A stretch of DNA of 64,000 nt from Marsupella aquatica (taxonomy: Eukaryota > Plantae > Marchantiophyta), in the NCBI GenBank assembly GCA_973895155.1, contig OZ316891.1, forward strand, positions 29,499,611 to 29,563,610. Direction: 5' to 3'. The notes below the pieces were generated by a model. It worked only from the letters and a program-made list of their open reading frames with translations, was not told the DNA's origin and ran no database searches. Shown one piece after another: positions 50,416 through 62,953 of the stretch. A program made the position numbers and the translations under genes. Numbering within the stretch: the stretch's first letter is position 1; each line of letters starts with the position of its first letter.

Positions 50416-52001
50416 TGTCGGAGAACGAACCCGAAGCGTAGCTAGGAGAGCGTGGAGTGTGCGAAGTTTACGGTATGCTTGCTCCGTGTTTGGCGCTGAT
50501 GGTATTCTGAGTGTGGACTTGTGGAGATTGCAGAAAGATCCGAGGAATGTTTATATTGTTTCGATCTGCCAACTCTTGTTCAGAGGTTTGGTATCATGGA
50601 GGAAGGTTCTTTTTGAGACTTCAAAAAAACATAAAACGAAGAAATGGACCACGACGTTTCGCCATCATTGTGTCCGGGCACACCGAAAGATGTTTCGCCA
50701 TCATAGTGTCCAGTAAGTAACATTTCTCAATTTAGGGGTCCATCAAGAATATCTCTGCAAGTTTATTGTAAAGCTCATGTAAGCTGTGTTAACAATTAGA
50801 TTTTCATCTTTCAAAGAATTGTCGTAGAAACTGTTCCCTTTGTTTCTTTCGTCGGGCCTAAAAAATCGTTTTCTGGGTTCTCAGACAATTCGTGGTGGTC
50901 CTGTAGTCAAATATGTAGTCCCATTTGAGGCTTTAGTGGACCATAGCTCATCGCCCTCATCTATTTGAGGTCGGTGTTGTCTCTTACTTATTTACTCTTA
51001 CTTCTAAATTAGGTAAAGTGGTTAGGCAAAAAAACATGTTTGGTACAAAGTGGTAGGGTACAATAAGGTGGTTAAGTACAACAACGTGGTAACCAGGTAT
51101 AACAACATGGTTGACCTAACAATGCGGTTAGGTTAACTACAGTAAGTAAACACATTATATCATAAATGGTGTGTGCTTTGATAAGAGGGAGTAAGGTTCA
51201 TTGTTATGAAGTCACTTCATTATTATGAAGCCACTTGAAAAATACGGAGAACTTACATTGTGGAGATTCGGTATGGTCGATGGGCTTAGAATTCAGTAAA
51301 GTTTTTTTGTATGTTCCCGAGTATATAGCTTTCAGGAAGTGAACCACATATCTTTTGTGTCAACTACTTGCACATAGGATCTGTCGTGTGCTTACCGTTA
51401 TGATTATCGTCTATGCTCAACATTGTCCTCTTTAAACTCTTTCTTTTATTCCATCGTACTTTGTTCGAGGCTTTGTTTGGGTTTTTTGTAAATGGGTCAA
51501 CCTCCCCTATTTAGTGTCATTTCCTTAACTCATTTGTTCAGCAAGCCATGAATTGGCTATTGAATGGATTTGACCAGTTCCGAAACCTAATGGAGTGGGT
51601 ATTGTATACATTTTAAAATCACAAATTACTAAAGAAAAGTGTAATCATGACTTTTGCCTTAGTTAAGTATTAAATAGATCTTTGATGTTCATGAAATCCT
51701 GAAGGTGCACTAGAGGCTTGGTCATTAGTCCTTCCTTTGCACTACAAAAGGGGCCTATCACTAAGGCCCATGTTCATTTGCATGGGTGACCAGCAGACTT
51801 GTCTTGTTCACTTAAGTGAACAAATACCCCTCATAGGACCACTATATTTTGAGCCATAGATTGCCCACAGTGGTAAATTAATGAGATTTAGGAATTGGGA
51901 GGAGTCTAATGTAGCTATAGTAGTTTTCATGAAGAATCGAAATAGCTATAAATTTGTAAAGATTAGTTACTCAGTCACTTCACTTCACTCTCCGCACTTT
52001 C

Positions 52002-52092
52002 GTACTTTCAGAAGTCAGTTTTAATTCTAGCATACTTTCAGAAGTCAGTTTTAATTTTAGCATACTTTCAGAAGTTAGTTTTAATTTTAGCA
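52002..52092. repeat. 30-bp tandem repeat x3 abutting the LINE insertion site
   Basis: TACTTTCAGAAGTCAGTTTTAATTCTAGCA. Confidence 0.9.
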
Positions 52093-52356
52093 TATATTGA
52101 ATGGGAACATTTTTATAATTTTTGGTTCCCCCGCGAAAAGCCCCACGGGGAGGGCAAACAGACAGACCAGAAGGCCAGACCAAGCGACATAAAACAAAGC
52201 CGAACACACAGCGCACAGGCACACATCACCAGCGCATATCCCACAGCCCCCCGACCACCAAACAGTGGAAAAGGGAAAATCAATCACCAACACAAGCCCA
52301 AGCCCAACATAAGAGGGCATCCAACAGTCAGATCATCCAGGAAGCCACGGTCCCCC

Positions 52357-55300
52357 TCAAGCAAAAGAATTGACAGCAATGCTGCCACTGCCTAGCCAAA
52401 CCCTACGCAGGTCATCCATCCATGCCTTTGCCCGAATCAGGCGGGTGCACTTCCTGCCCGGGGGGCAGCGTCGACTAACAGCAAAAGCGTTCTCCGCTGC
52501 CTCATTCAGAACAAGTCCCAAGTCAAACACCCGTCTCCCCCCCACCTGAAACATGTGAGTGTTCCTTCCCGTCCAGAGTCGCCACAGAATATGGTGCAAG
52601 ACGAAGATCCGGGCCACTTGCACAGGCTCCTTCCCGCAGGCCGCCTCTAAAAGAGCCATCAGACCTCGTCCCATTGGCAAGCCCAGAATCTGCAACGAAT
52701 CCTGACAGAGTAGCCAGCAACGGACCGCATGTGTACAGTGGAAGAACACGTGGGGGATCGTCTCCAGCCATCCTTTGCAAAGTTTGCAATCTCCATTACT
52801 CACCTCCATTCTGAGCGCACGTGCCCCAGTGAAAAGGCCCCCTACAATAATCCTCCACACAAAGGTCTTGCCTCTAATCGGAAGATCAGACCCCCAAAGC
52901 TTAGCCCAACACATATTCCAGCGCATCTCAGGCCAGGACAGTGACCAGATCCGATTGAGGCGGTCATGGGATGCAGTCTTAGGCCTTAAGAAATCATACA
53001 CTCTACAATTCTCGATTCTGAAGTCCTTCAGCGGCTCCGGTCTGTCTGTCCATCTCCACTGCTTGGCATACAAGTAGTATTCAGATCGGCAATTGTCTGC
53101 CCGCCAAAGGCACTCCAAGAACGAACGAGCCATCGTTCGATGCTCATCAGAAAAGCCACGCATATTGTGCCATCGTAGCGGTAGGTCCTTCCAACATCCA
53201 TCCTCCGTCGACCATCCATCACCAATAGACCTCAATCCCAGCCTGCCACAAATCGCAGCAATCTCTATGAGGGCTTTATTCGGAAGGGAATTGAAGCCCA
53301 CCATACACCTGAGGGTATCCATGATGCTCCACCGGGAAGGCGGCCCCGTCCGTCCAGGATCGAAGAATAAGTGGGCTCTCACTAGCTCCCAGCTTCTCCA
53401 GAGACCTGTCGTGTAGGGGAGCCCACTAAATGAACGAGGCGTGCACAGTAGCAGCCGGTCCTGGAAGGAGTATCCATTTCGCCTAATAATTTTGTAGTTC
53501 GTCCACCCCATCAATTTCAGGTTGGCTGCCAACATCCTAGACCATTCCGTCTCAGGCGCGTTAAGTGCCTTAGTGAACCATTGAGAGAGTAATGCATCAG
53601 AGTGACTGCGGAAGTCCCGGAATCCCAGCCCCCCTTCCACACGTGGCAAAGCCATCCGATCCCAGGCCACCAGGGGGACCTTCCGTCCTCCAGTGGCATT
53701 ATATCCCCATAAAAATTCCCTGCTCAGAGCAATCATCTTCTTCGCCAGGCCTACAGATGCCTTGCAATACATTACATGGTAGATCGGGATAGCAAGTAGT
53801 ACCTGTTTGACCAGTAGTGAACGGCCAGTAAAAGAAAGAAGTTTGTTGGACCAAACAGAAAGTCTGGCACAAATCTTATCCAAACAGAATTTGTGCAGTT
53901 GTTCCGTGCTCAAACTCTCCCCAAAAGGTGCCCCCAGGTATTTCTGTATCTCGCCTCTTCGGCTGATAAGGCAGCCTGTGTTGTTCAGCCACTCTGGGAT
54001 CCTTTCCAATGCCAATGGGATCACAACGGATTTCTTCAGATTCAGTCGCGCCCCACTAGCCATCTCATAGCATTCTAGAGCAGTGGTTGCTTCCTCAAAG
54101 GCACGCTCTGTGGCCGGGATAAACATCCCAACATCATCCGCAAACAGTCTATAGCAGATAGTGAATCCAGGGGTGATCTGCAGTCCACAAAGTCGGCCCT
54201 CCGCCATCTCAGTATCGAGAAAGTCCATAAGAGGTTGCGTGGAGATGACAAACAACAATGCTGACAGTGGACAGCCCTGTCTTACCCCTCGTTTAAGCTC
54301 AAATGTGTTTGATAGTAATCCGTTCACCAAGGCCCTGGAAGATGCCTGTGCTAGCAGGGCCCTGACCAGCATAGTGAAGCGTCCGCTGATGCCCAGTAGG
54401 TGCATGCATTCCCATAAGTAGTCATGTGAAACACGGTCAAAGGCCTTCTCGAAATCCAGTTTTAGGAACAATGCCTCTCTCCTCTTGTTGTGCACCCAGT
54501 CACATGTAAGCCAGGCTAAGGAAATATTTTCAAGAATGTGTCTTGTTGACTCGTCTCCTTCACTTAACCACTTAATTCTGGCTAGCCGTCGTCCTCTGTG
54601 TGCTTCCTCCAACTCTGAAGCATGTAGAGTGTCTTCCGCGTCCATGAACTCTGCAATGTCTCCCTCTGAATGGTGTTCTATAATGGCCATCTTAAGAACT
54701 CGCAACTGAGCTCGCTGAGCTGCCATCTCCATCTCAGTTGTCCTTGGTTGGGCTTGAATTTCCTTCAATGTTTGACGCATTTTCCAGCTGCCCTTAGCAA
54801 AGCGCAGCCGCGGGTCCACAAAATCTCCTCGTCCCACCCTCCAAGCAGCCTCCAGCCGCAGAATGTCCTCCCTTCTCCGCAGAAACGCCGGGTTGGCCAT
54901 GAAGAGACGCACTTTGCCTCTCTCCACCGTCTCTGTCAGTCCAGAGAGCTGCACATTCAACATAACAGGATCATGATCCGAAAGGGCTGAGCCCCCGTCA
55001 TGCAGGAGTTCCACCTCACGAAGCCATTCTCCCCTTTCACTAACATAAATCCTGTCGAGTCGAGACTGTGACATCTCTCCATTCTGATTCCTTCTCCACG
55101 TGAAGCGCAGGCCAGCAGCTCCTCCCCTAATGTCCCACGCGTCTGTCAAATTAAATCTCATCTTCAAGAATCTCCAAAACTCCGCCTCTCTACCGCGGAT
55201 CAGCGGCGATGTACCAGTCGAGTCCGTTCTGCGTTCCGTCATATTGAAGTCACCACACAGCACCCAGTCATTGTGTGGTAGCATCACCTTTAGATCATTC

Positions 55301-55677
55301 CATAGCAGAGCTCTTAGTCTAGCTGAATTGGGAGCATATATACACGCAACTCCGAAGGTCACCGCTCCCTTCTCGATCACAGCCCATACCGCCCTTCCCA
55401 TATCCAGTGTTCCCGAGCCCACCACCCTCAGCTCAGGGTGTACCAGTAGTGCCGTTCCTCCCTTTCCCTCCTCCGGCTCAGAAGAAAAGTGTTGATATGA
55501 TGGGAGAATAGCCCGCAGAGCCATATCAAGTCTAAATTGATCAGCTTTCACTTCTTGAAGGGCCAGAATCCCCAGCGGTACCTTCAGCGATCTTACCCAA
55601 TTCTTAACAATATGCTTACGGTTAGGCTCACAAAGTCCACAAACGTTCCAGGATGCCACCCTGAGCCTTCCGTCCAT
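52357..55677 (-). CDS. LINE ORF2 (APE endonuclease, internally deleted RT, zf-RVT)
   Basis: SWNVCGL, LQE, YAPN, GDFN, SRLDR, SDHDP; LDFEKAFD, RQGCPLS, FADD, YLG; CKLC...ETIPHVFFHC. Confidence 0.92.
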   Translation of the reverse strand: MDGRLRVASWNVCGLCEPNRKHIVKNWVRSLKVPLGILALQEVKADQFRLDMALRAILPSYQHFSSEPEEGKGGTALLVHPELRVVGSGTLDMGRAVWAVIEKGAVTFGVACIYAPNSARLRALLWNDLKVMLPHNDWVLCGDFNMTERRTDSTGTSPLIRGREAEFWRFLKMRFNLTDAWDIRGGAAGLRFTWRRNQNGEMSQSRLDRIYVSERGEWLREVELLHDGGSALSDHDPVMLNVQLSGLTETVERGKVRLFMANPAFLRRREDILRLEAAWRVGRGDFVDPRLRFAKGSWKMRQTLKEIQAQPRTTEMEMAAQRAQLRVLKMAIIEHHSEGDIAEFMDAEDTLHASELEEAHRGRRLARIKWLSEGDESTRHILENISLAWLTCDWVHNKRREALFLKLDFEKAFDRVSHDYLWECMHLLGISGRFTMLVRALLAQASSRALVNGLLSNTFELKRGVRQGCPLSALLFVISTQPLMDFLDTEMAEGRLCGLQITPGFTICYRLFADDVGMFIPATERAFEEATTALECYEMASGARLNLKKSVVIPLALERIPEWLNNTGCLISRRGEIQKYLGAPFGESLSTEQLHKFCLDKICARLSVWSNKLLSFTGRSLLVKQVLLAIPIYHVMYCKASVGLAKKMIALSREFLWGYNATGGRKVPLVAWDRMALPRVEGGLGFRDFRSHSDALLSQWFTKALNAPETEWSRMLAANLKLMGWTNYKIIRRNGYSFQDRLLLCTPRSFSGLPYTTGLWRSWELVRAHLFFDPGRTGPPSRWSIMDTLRCMVGFNSLPNKALIEIAAICGRLGLRSIGDGWSTEDGCWKDLPLRWHNMRGFSDEHRTMARSFLECLWRADNCRSEYYLYAKQWRWTDRPEPLKDFRIENCRVYDFLRPKTASHDRLNRIWSLSWPEMRWNMCWAKLWGSDLPIRGKTFVWRIIVGGLFTGARALRMEVSNGDCKLCKGWLETIPHVFFHCTHAVRCWLLCQDSLQILGLPMGRGLMALLEAACGKEPVQVARIFVLHHILWRLWTGRNTHMFQVGGRRVFDLGLVLNEAAENAFAVSRRCPPGRKCTRLIRAKAWMDDLRRVWLGSGSIAVNSFA

Positions 55678-55731
55678 CCTCCTACTATGCCAAAATTATA
55701 TCCTGGCACAGCCACCCCCCATCCTTGCGTC

Positions 55732-57789
55732 TCATAGTCTATTCCGTCCCCCGGGAGACATCCCCGTCACATCTCGACCCATAGGTCCACTCAAATATCC
55801 ATTAATAGAGCCAGCAGGAGAGACACGCATGGGGGATGCTATATGCGCCACTCCACCGCCAAAAGGAGCATTCCCCTGGACCCTCGCATCACAATCGCTC
55901 CCTCTAGGAATGGTGAGCAGCAGTCGCTTGTGCATTGTAATCCCGTCCGCACTTCCTGCATCAGACATGGCACCACGTGAGAATCTAATTGATCTTTGCT
56001 TCTTAGCCTCACCTTTGGCCTTCTCAGTCCTTTCAGAGGGCGGTGTGCGAAGTTCTTGCTTGCGGGCTCTAGCTTTGAATTTGCTGTGTGAAATATAAGC
56101 TTCATATTCAGACATCTCCGCATCAGATTCTTCGTGAAAGGAGAAGGTCTCATCATTTCCATCACGCGAATTGGGAGTAGTAAGGGCTTCAATTCCTTGT
56201 TCCACTGAATTTCTCTGAGTAGTCCGTCGCCCAATTGACGGGACAACGACAGCCAGTAGTGGAATCCTGGCAGCCACCGTGTCTTGTGAGTCCTCCATGC
56301 AGCCAGCCCGCCCAGGCGTCAGGAGAAAATCAGCACTTCTCTCCCTGGTTCCCAAAGAGAAAGCCGCCACCCGCAAATCCGGGTTCTCCCGCAGCAGCGG
56401 CCCCGAGTCCCGCCCTGCCATCTCCCCAGGAACCGGACTAACAATTAGCAACTCCACCTGAGCGATATCCTCCTCCACTGAAAAGGGTACCTCCAGCACA
56501 GGAGGCACCATGGCTCCCCGAAAAATAGCACGTGCTTCAGCATTTTCTTTAGCCCTCAACACCTCCTCCTGATCAGCCTCAGAGTGTCTCTCGTCATCTT
56601 TCTCGTCCGGCGGGTCCGCTCCCGTCCGTAGAGCACCGGCAGTCTCCAAGATTACTTTACATTCACGGGCCAGGTGACCTCTTTGGTTGCATCGAAAGCA
56701 GTGATAGGGGATATTTTTAAACGTCACCGGTTGCCAGATAATAATGTCATCACGAATTCGAATCTTCACACTGGCAGGGACTTCCCTGTCCGTGTCCCAA
56801 AGGATGCAAGCCCGATCGTGGGGATATGAACTGAATTCGTTCCCCTGAATGTAGTACAGCAGAGTCCCTAGAGAGCACGCAATCTTTCTTCTGCAGCCCT
56901 CTAGTGCAAGGTCCCTAAACGGTATCTCAATCCACACTGGGAGCTTTGTGAAGTTCTCACATTTAACATCAAAGGATGGATCCCATGGGAACGTGTATAT
57001 AAATCGTCTCTCCATAAACCATGGTGCGTAGTTGAGTGCCAGATCCCTGTGATTAGGATCCTCAAACACTATCATGTAAAAGTTCTTCCCTACGAATTTA
57101 ACCTGAAGTACCGGCCATCCCTCCTGGTTTGTCATCACTTCGTCTACCCATGCTCTAAAATCATTGAGGAGCGGCGTTCTTCCCGTGAAGTAGCATATGA
57201 GCGCGCAATTATATAGTTGTCTCACATTACGAGCTGCTTCCGGTAGGTTCCATTCCACTTCTGCAAAGAGTCTCTTGTCAAGATCACCTTTGGACCTGAT
57301 CGCAATCTCGCGCAGGATCTTGATACACTCTTCAGATTCGTCATCCTCCACGGGCGCGTCCTGCATCTCCACATTTTCTTGTGGCAACTCACTCCCCACC
57401 ATTGCATCCTGGTTAACCTCATTCGCCCCTCTTCCAATTGTTCCACGCCCCCAGTGCAGAGCTTCGCCTTCCTTCTCCCCTGCTCCATCCCCCTCCTGCA
57501 GGTTCTGAGGCAATTCCATTCCACTCACCGACTGCACCTTAGGTCCAGGTCCATTCACCGGACGCTCATTCCCATTCAAGTAATACAACTGAGATCTGGC
57601 CTCAGTTGTCTCCCCCAAATTCGGGTCGTTCCTCCCAGAGCGCGCATCTTGCGCAGAGAATCCAATAGCAGGTCCACTGACCATAACACCCCGCGCAGGT
57701 GATCGCCCCACAGCTTCACCGGGTATCCCCCCCACCTCAAGCCTTGCAGCAGGCTCCCCTTGTGTCCTCCGATCTACTCGTTCGTCCAC
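55732..57789 (-). CDS. LINE ORF1 (DUF4283-like region plus CCHC zinc knuckle)
   Basis: ALNYAPWF...WDPSF...PVWIEIP and CFRCNQRGHLAREC. Confidence 0.88.
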   Translation of the reverse strand: MDERVDRRTQGEPAARLEVGGIPGEAVGRSPARGVMVSGPAIGFSAQDARSGRNDPNLGETTEARSQLYYLNGNERPVNGPGPKVQSVSGMELPQNLQEGDGAGEKEGEALHWGRGTIGRGANEVNQDAMVGSELPQENVEMQDAPVEDDESEECIKILREIAIRSKGDLDKRLFAEVEWNLPEAARNVRQLYNCALICYFTGRTPLLNDFRAWVDEVMTNQEGWPVLQVKFVGKNFYMIVFEDPNHRDLALNYAPWFMERRFIYTFPWDPSFDVKCENFTKLPVWIEIPFRDLALEGCRRKIACSLGTLLYYIQGNEFSSYPHDRACILWDTDREVPASVKIRIRDDIIIWQPVTFKNIPYHCFRCNQRGHLARECKVILETAGALRTGADPPDEKDDERHSEADQEEVLRAKENAEARAIFRGAMVPPVLEVPFSVEEDIAQVELLIVSPVPGEMAGRDSGPLLRENPDLRVAAFSLGTRERSADFLLTPGRAGCMEDSQDTVAARIPLLAVVVPSIGRRTTQRNSVEQGIEALTTPNSRDGNDETFSFHEESDAEMSEYEAYISHSKFKARARKQELRTPPSERTEKAKGEAKKQRSIRFSRGAMSDAGSADGITMHKRLLLTIPRGSDCDARVQGNAPFGGGVAHIASPMRVSPAGSINGYLSGPMGRDVTGMSPGGRNRL

Positions 57790-59739
57790 CAGCTAAGCGT
57801 CCCCCCCTCGTGCTCCTGCGGCTCGAGGGTCCATAATAGTCTATCCCCTATTCCTCCATGATACAAGTGGCCTTCCTTGACTCTACAGCCTTTGCATCCA
57901 ATTAGGAATAAAATAGTCAAGGTCTTCTTGTACTCACCAGAAGATTCGACGATGGCTCGAAGTCCCGCTGCCACTCCACACCTCCTCGTCTCCAAGGCGC
58001 ACCAAGGTCAGTCCTTCTTCTCACCGCTGTGTATGCCCGCCCATCCTTCTATTCGCAGGTTACGACGTTGAAACAGCTCTCAGCTCGTCCCTATTCTCTC
58101 TCCTCTCGCTGCCAAACCTTCATACAGAATCGTCTCACCGCTCCATCCCAGGTTATGAGAAACGGAGAGTGGCATCAAAAAGTCTCCACGCCGTCAATGA
58201 ATAAGCCACGATTGTCGAGGACGTCCCACTGTCCCGTGCTCCTTCGATCCTCTTCAGCTAAAAGGCCTTCCCTCACACCTCCGTAAGCGATTACCTCCCA
58301 TCAAGTCCCCGCAGCTCCTCCCCTCTGGAAGGGACCATTCTTGGTCACATCAACCAGCCAGCACAGCCACATACGGAAAATTGATCCTCCCAATCCCATC
58401 TACCATCAGTCCGCTTACGCTCCGGTCTCCTCAAAGCCCATCCTGGCCCTTTCACTCATCACTTTTCCGCCACTCTCGGTTATAGTCGAGCACAGAATCG
58501 GATCCACCCAACACTCACCGATTTATCCACCAATGTGTAACAGTTAAGACTCTCCTTCGCCATCGCTTGTATCTGAGGAAACATTCTCCATCGAGCAAAC
58601 TGCCCCCGTACCCACCATGCCCGTGTCTGTGTACACACAGTGCGTCGCCCTTCTCCTACACCCTAAACCGCCCTAAAACCTTCTAAAATCTCCCGAGCCG
58701 TCCAGAGCGTGGAGATGTCGAGAGTGAGCAAGAGTGGGTTCATTCGCATGCGGTGTCTCCTGCGTATCAAAACCTTCCCCCTCGGGAAGCAACGCCCACA
58801 CCCGATCCAGGTGTGGATGATTCCAAGCTCTTGAGAGAGAGCACAAGTCAGCGCCCGTAGCATATATTAACTACGAAAAGGTATCATCAGGTATACACTT
58901 GTTCAAGAGGAGAGGAGGTAACAGACAAAAGCAATGTCTAGCTGCACATATAGACATCATTCAATCCTTTAGTCGAATTCCAAACTCCAAGCTTGGATCG
59001 GTAGACATAGCACTGCCAATTATGGAAAGACACATAGATCCATATCTATTTGGGGAGCTGCACACGGATTCATACTTTTAATGTATGTGTTCATTACCAC
59101 ACATCTTAAATGTTTAAGACCAATGTTTAAATGAAAGTTATGAAAATTCGCCACAAACCATGTCGATGAGGTGTGGACCTCTGAAAATATAGAAACTAAT
59201 CCAATGAACAAAAGGTGCCATAGAGGGAGACAGGATCCCGAAGGCAACAAACCCCAAGAAACCCAATGATGGAGGGAAACACTTAGGCGAACAACACAGA
59301 AGACAGAAGACCCAAAACGCCCAAGAATCCGCAGCAACTGGCTAAAGAATAAAAACTAGATTGAACCCTAATCAGCAAAAAACCGAAAAGCCCACTGAGC
59401 GCCTACAACCAGGCAGAATTATTCTAGCGTAGATCGAAGAAATGCCGTTTGTCTCAGGTCTCCGGCAGCAGCCTTACATTTATAATTGCTAAGTACTGCC
59501 CGGAGTGAAGAATTCCTGCATCCCTGCTGAGTCTAGCTAAGATGGCATTTTCACAATAAAATCAGGCTTGAAACCAAATGCCTGTACGAGAATGTAGAGC
59601 CCCCAAGTTCGAATTGAACGAAGTGCATCTACAGACAGCTTCACTACAGACCTATAAGAATCTGCGAATCCGTCTTTTGGCCAATGCTCAAGCCAGTAGC
59701 TCGTCCGTCAATTGTGTAACATTAACCAGATTCAATCCA

Positions 59740-60064
59740 CTACCATGTTAACGTGACGTTGTTCCTCATCGCAACGGACTGCTTGACCTGGTCTATTTCC
59801 TGGTTGTTGCCATTGACACCAAAGGCCGTGCTGAGAACATTGTCGGGGAGACCTTTGCCACCGGCGGTGAAGAGAGCTTTGGCAATCAGGAGCGTTCCGG
59901 GGTTCTCACTGGAGAGCGCAGAGAAGCCTGATCGAAGCCGGTGTCTTACCATTATTGCACTGCCAGTGCAAAGTACCCTTGGGAAACACAAAGATGTCGC
60001 CCGCCAGCACGGTTGTCTCGAATAGCTCGTTTGCAGTATCGACAAATCCCACGTCAAGTGCCCC
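59740..60064 (-). pseudogene. Orphan last exon of a germin-like protein with one frameshift
   Basis: After acceptor TTCCAG the frame reads GALDVGFVDTANELFETTVLAGDIFVFPKGTLHWQ (germin box), then shifts to SALSSENPG...PDNVLSTAF. No upstream exon found. Confidence 0.85.
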
Positions 60065-60314
60065 TGGAACAAAAATAAACCACAAGAATCACCAATTCAG
60101 TCCTCATTATAATCATCACGGGGGAACCAGGATTCTCAATGTTTGGACGTACCGAAGCATATTTTCTCTAGCACGACGGCACCAGCAGCTCGTCACATCA
60201 TCTAACGATCCTAATGAAACACAGCTGCAGGAAATTAAACGCTAGCTAAGTGCGATTACTGACGAGCCGCCGGTCCTTCAGCACGTAAGAAATGCAGGAC
60301 TTAGTTTGATTACA

Positions 60315-62126
60315 TCTCGTTGCAGAGGGGTATTGGAATTTCTAAAAAGGACAATTAGTCATGGGGTGGCGCACTGTGTGGCGAGCAATGGTACTCGTTT
60401 GGATTCCAAAATTCTGATAACCCTCCAAATGCCCATAAGCTCGAACTCTTCATCACCGGTATGGTATCATTGGTCATGTTCATAGCACACGAGAAGCATT
60501 GGACGCCCTGTATTTTGCTTCCATCAGCTTTGTTGGAGATATTCAATTGGCCAATATGAGTGAAATTGGTGACCGTCAGCGCGCCATATTGATTAGAGAA
60601 CAAGATTTATCTTACGATTATGATGGTGGCATCAAATCCAAAATTCAGCCTGTGTGCAGCCTGGATGTCGACGCTTACAAGTTTCACAGATATGCCAGAT
60701 TTCCGGATGGGTCTACAGCTGCGGACCTTGAGGCATAATTTCTGTTCGCCATGCCAGGGCTGGTAAACTCAACTGAAAAGATCGTCTTTCTTTCGAATCT
60801 AGCAATTCATCAGCAATTTCGTGAGTCTTTTAAACCATATCGTGGCAGCAACAAGAACGCGAAGCCATGTGTCTATTATTCTCCGAGGCACTCTGCTTAT
60901 CCGGAGTACATCCCGGTCAGTTTCAGGCTCAGTTTCATGCGTCCATACCTCCCGTAGAATTGGAAGGTTTTTATGACAGCATCACTGGTCATCTCTGTCT
61001 GTTAGGATGTAGAAAAAGGTGGGAGGATCTGGCTCTACAATACGAGGAGGAGGAGGATACATCTCAGTGCGACTTGGTCTTCAGCATCCAGTATCCACCC
61101 ACGAACCCCAGGCTACGGTCAACTCGTTCCTTTGTCACAGGGACCATCAGAAGCCTCCATGATACTTCGAGCCGCTGGCCATCAATTCCGCTTGGCCAAT
61201 CGCTTACCGTGAACACATCCCACGGATCGTCTTGCGAAGAAATACGGAAACCGTCATGAGGTTGGTGAGTCTATCGCTTGTAACTTTCTTCACCGCTACA
61301 GCAGTCGTGTGTCGAACTCCCGGAACCTCAGGTTTGTGTCTCTGGTGATGCTGACTGTCTTCGGGCCACTTCTTTCCGCTGCTGCTGAGCTTAAATGCAC
61401 TCTGGACGAAGGCCGTCAAAATGGAAAACTACGCAATATTTAACGGATGGCCGGAGACTCATGAGGTGATCGTGCGAGGCACCACAATGGTATCGTTGTT
61501 GCTAGCATTAAGGTTAGTGCAGCTAGTATGGAGATCCAGAACGCTTGCAAATAATTCCACTTCTCGAATCGGGAGTGATTCAGCCCCATCACAGGTGTCG
61601 GACGTCTCAGTCGTGAAAGCTTGCCTTCCACTGTATCGCACGATGATAGTTTTGGTAACATGGGTATACTACTTGACCCCATATCAGGAGGAAGTCCATT
61701 ACCTTGACGAGGGAAGAATGTGGGCTTTCGTGTGGGCTGATCTGCAAGCTTTTTCAGGTGTAATTGTCGCCCCATTCCTGTTGCCACGGGTTATTGTGAA
61801 TGTCTTGTGGGACACCGAGGAGACAGTCCCACTCCTGTATCCTCTATTCTACCTGGGCATGATTGTGGTCACGTCAGTAGCGCATTTGTTTGATGCTGCA
61901 AGAGGATGGAACTTTGTCCCGGAATGGCTGGGCAGGGACTACTGCTACGGTAACCCGAACTGGGATCTTTATTCCACGACGTGGGACATTGTCATTCCCT
62001 GTTCCTCAGTTTTTCTGGCCGTTGTGCTGCACTTGCAGCATAGGTACGAAGGTCGTCGTGTCATCCCTAAGCGTTTTCGGAGACAGAAAATATCAGCTAA
62101 TTGAAAGTGAAGAGGTCGGCATTTAA
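60315..62126 (+). pseudogene. 5'-truncated duplicate of the DUF2921 gene (matches about 41008-42874; 3' flank matches to about 62320)
   Basis: Collinear, highly similar sequence with premature stops, deletions and frameshifts. Confidence 0.92.
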
Positions 62127-62953
62127 AAGTGGCCCGAGAAGCAAATCACCTCTCCTGACTCCATTAGCTATTATCAAAGTGAAAACAGGAGAAAAGCAGT
62201 AACACATCATGCTTGTTTTCCAACATGGCATTTGTGCCACTTGTGGACAAGTTTCTGGTATTGGAATTCATGTCTATCAATTGTACAGCATAGAGAAACC
62301 TCGACGACGCCGTTGTCAAGCAATGTCGTGATTGTACTCTATAAACAAGCAGTTCCTTACATCTACTTTCGGCAATCACTTACTGTGCAGGTGTAGTTGC
62401 TCACAAACGATGATCCCTCGTTAACTGATTCCAGAGTTCTTAGGCGAGAATCACTTTCGATTGTCTATCTTATTCAATCCTGCTTGCGAACGGTTCCAGT
62501 GTTAGTCAGTGCAATGATCAACGGACAACACAACTCAGTGAACAGGTCGTGGAGTTAACTGATTAAATGTGCTTTGGCCAACCATTCCAGAGTACTAAAG
62601 CCTGATATAGGCTACATCATCATCAAAGTAGATCCATCAATTTCCTACTATCATTTTCTCATTTTCCCAGACATATTTGCAGTTAATGTACTACGGATAC
62701 AATCTGCATCGGATCGCTCACAAGGCCAAATTCATGCCTCTGAGACATTTGGACATGGATCAAAATTTCCAAACAGATAGATGCGGAAGTAGAGCATGCA
62801 CGCAAAGGAGTTGGAACCAAAAGATGCCCATGTGCCTCTACTTCTCCACCCCTGGATATCCTTTGGGATACCTAATCAATGTAAACCTTTGGTCCTCCTT
62901 TTTCACAAAACTCTACGTCAAATAATTGCAATTTCAAAGTTATGTCCCTCAAT

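Larger units (their letters stand above)
52101..58857 (-). mobile_element. Near full-length L1-clade LINE with target-site duplication
   Basis: Flanked by TAGCATATATTGA (52088-52100) and TAGCATATATTAA (58858-58870). Carries ORF1 and ORF2 and about 1.07 kb of 5' leader. Confidence 0.9.
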
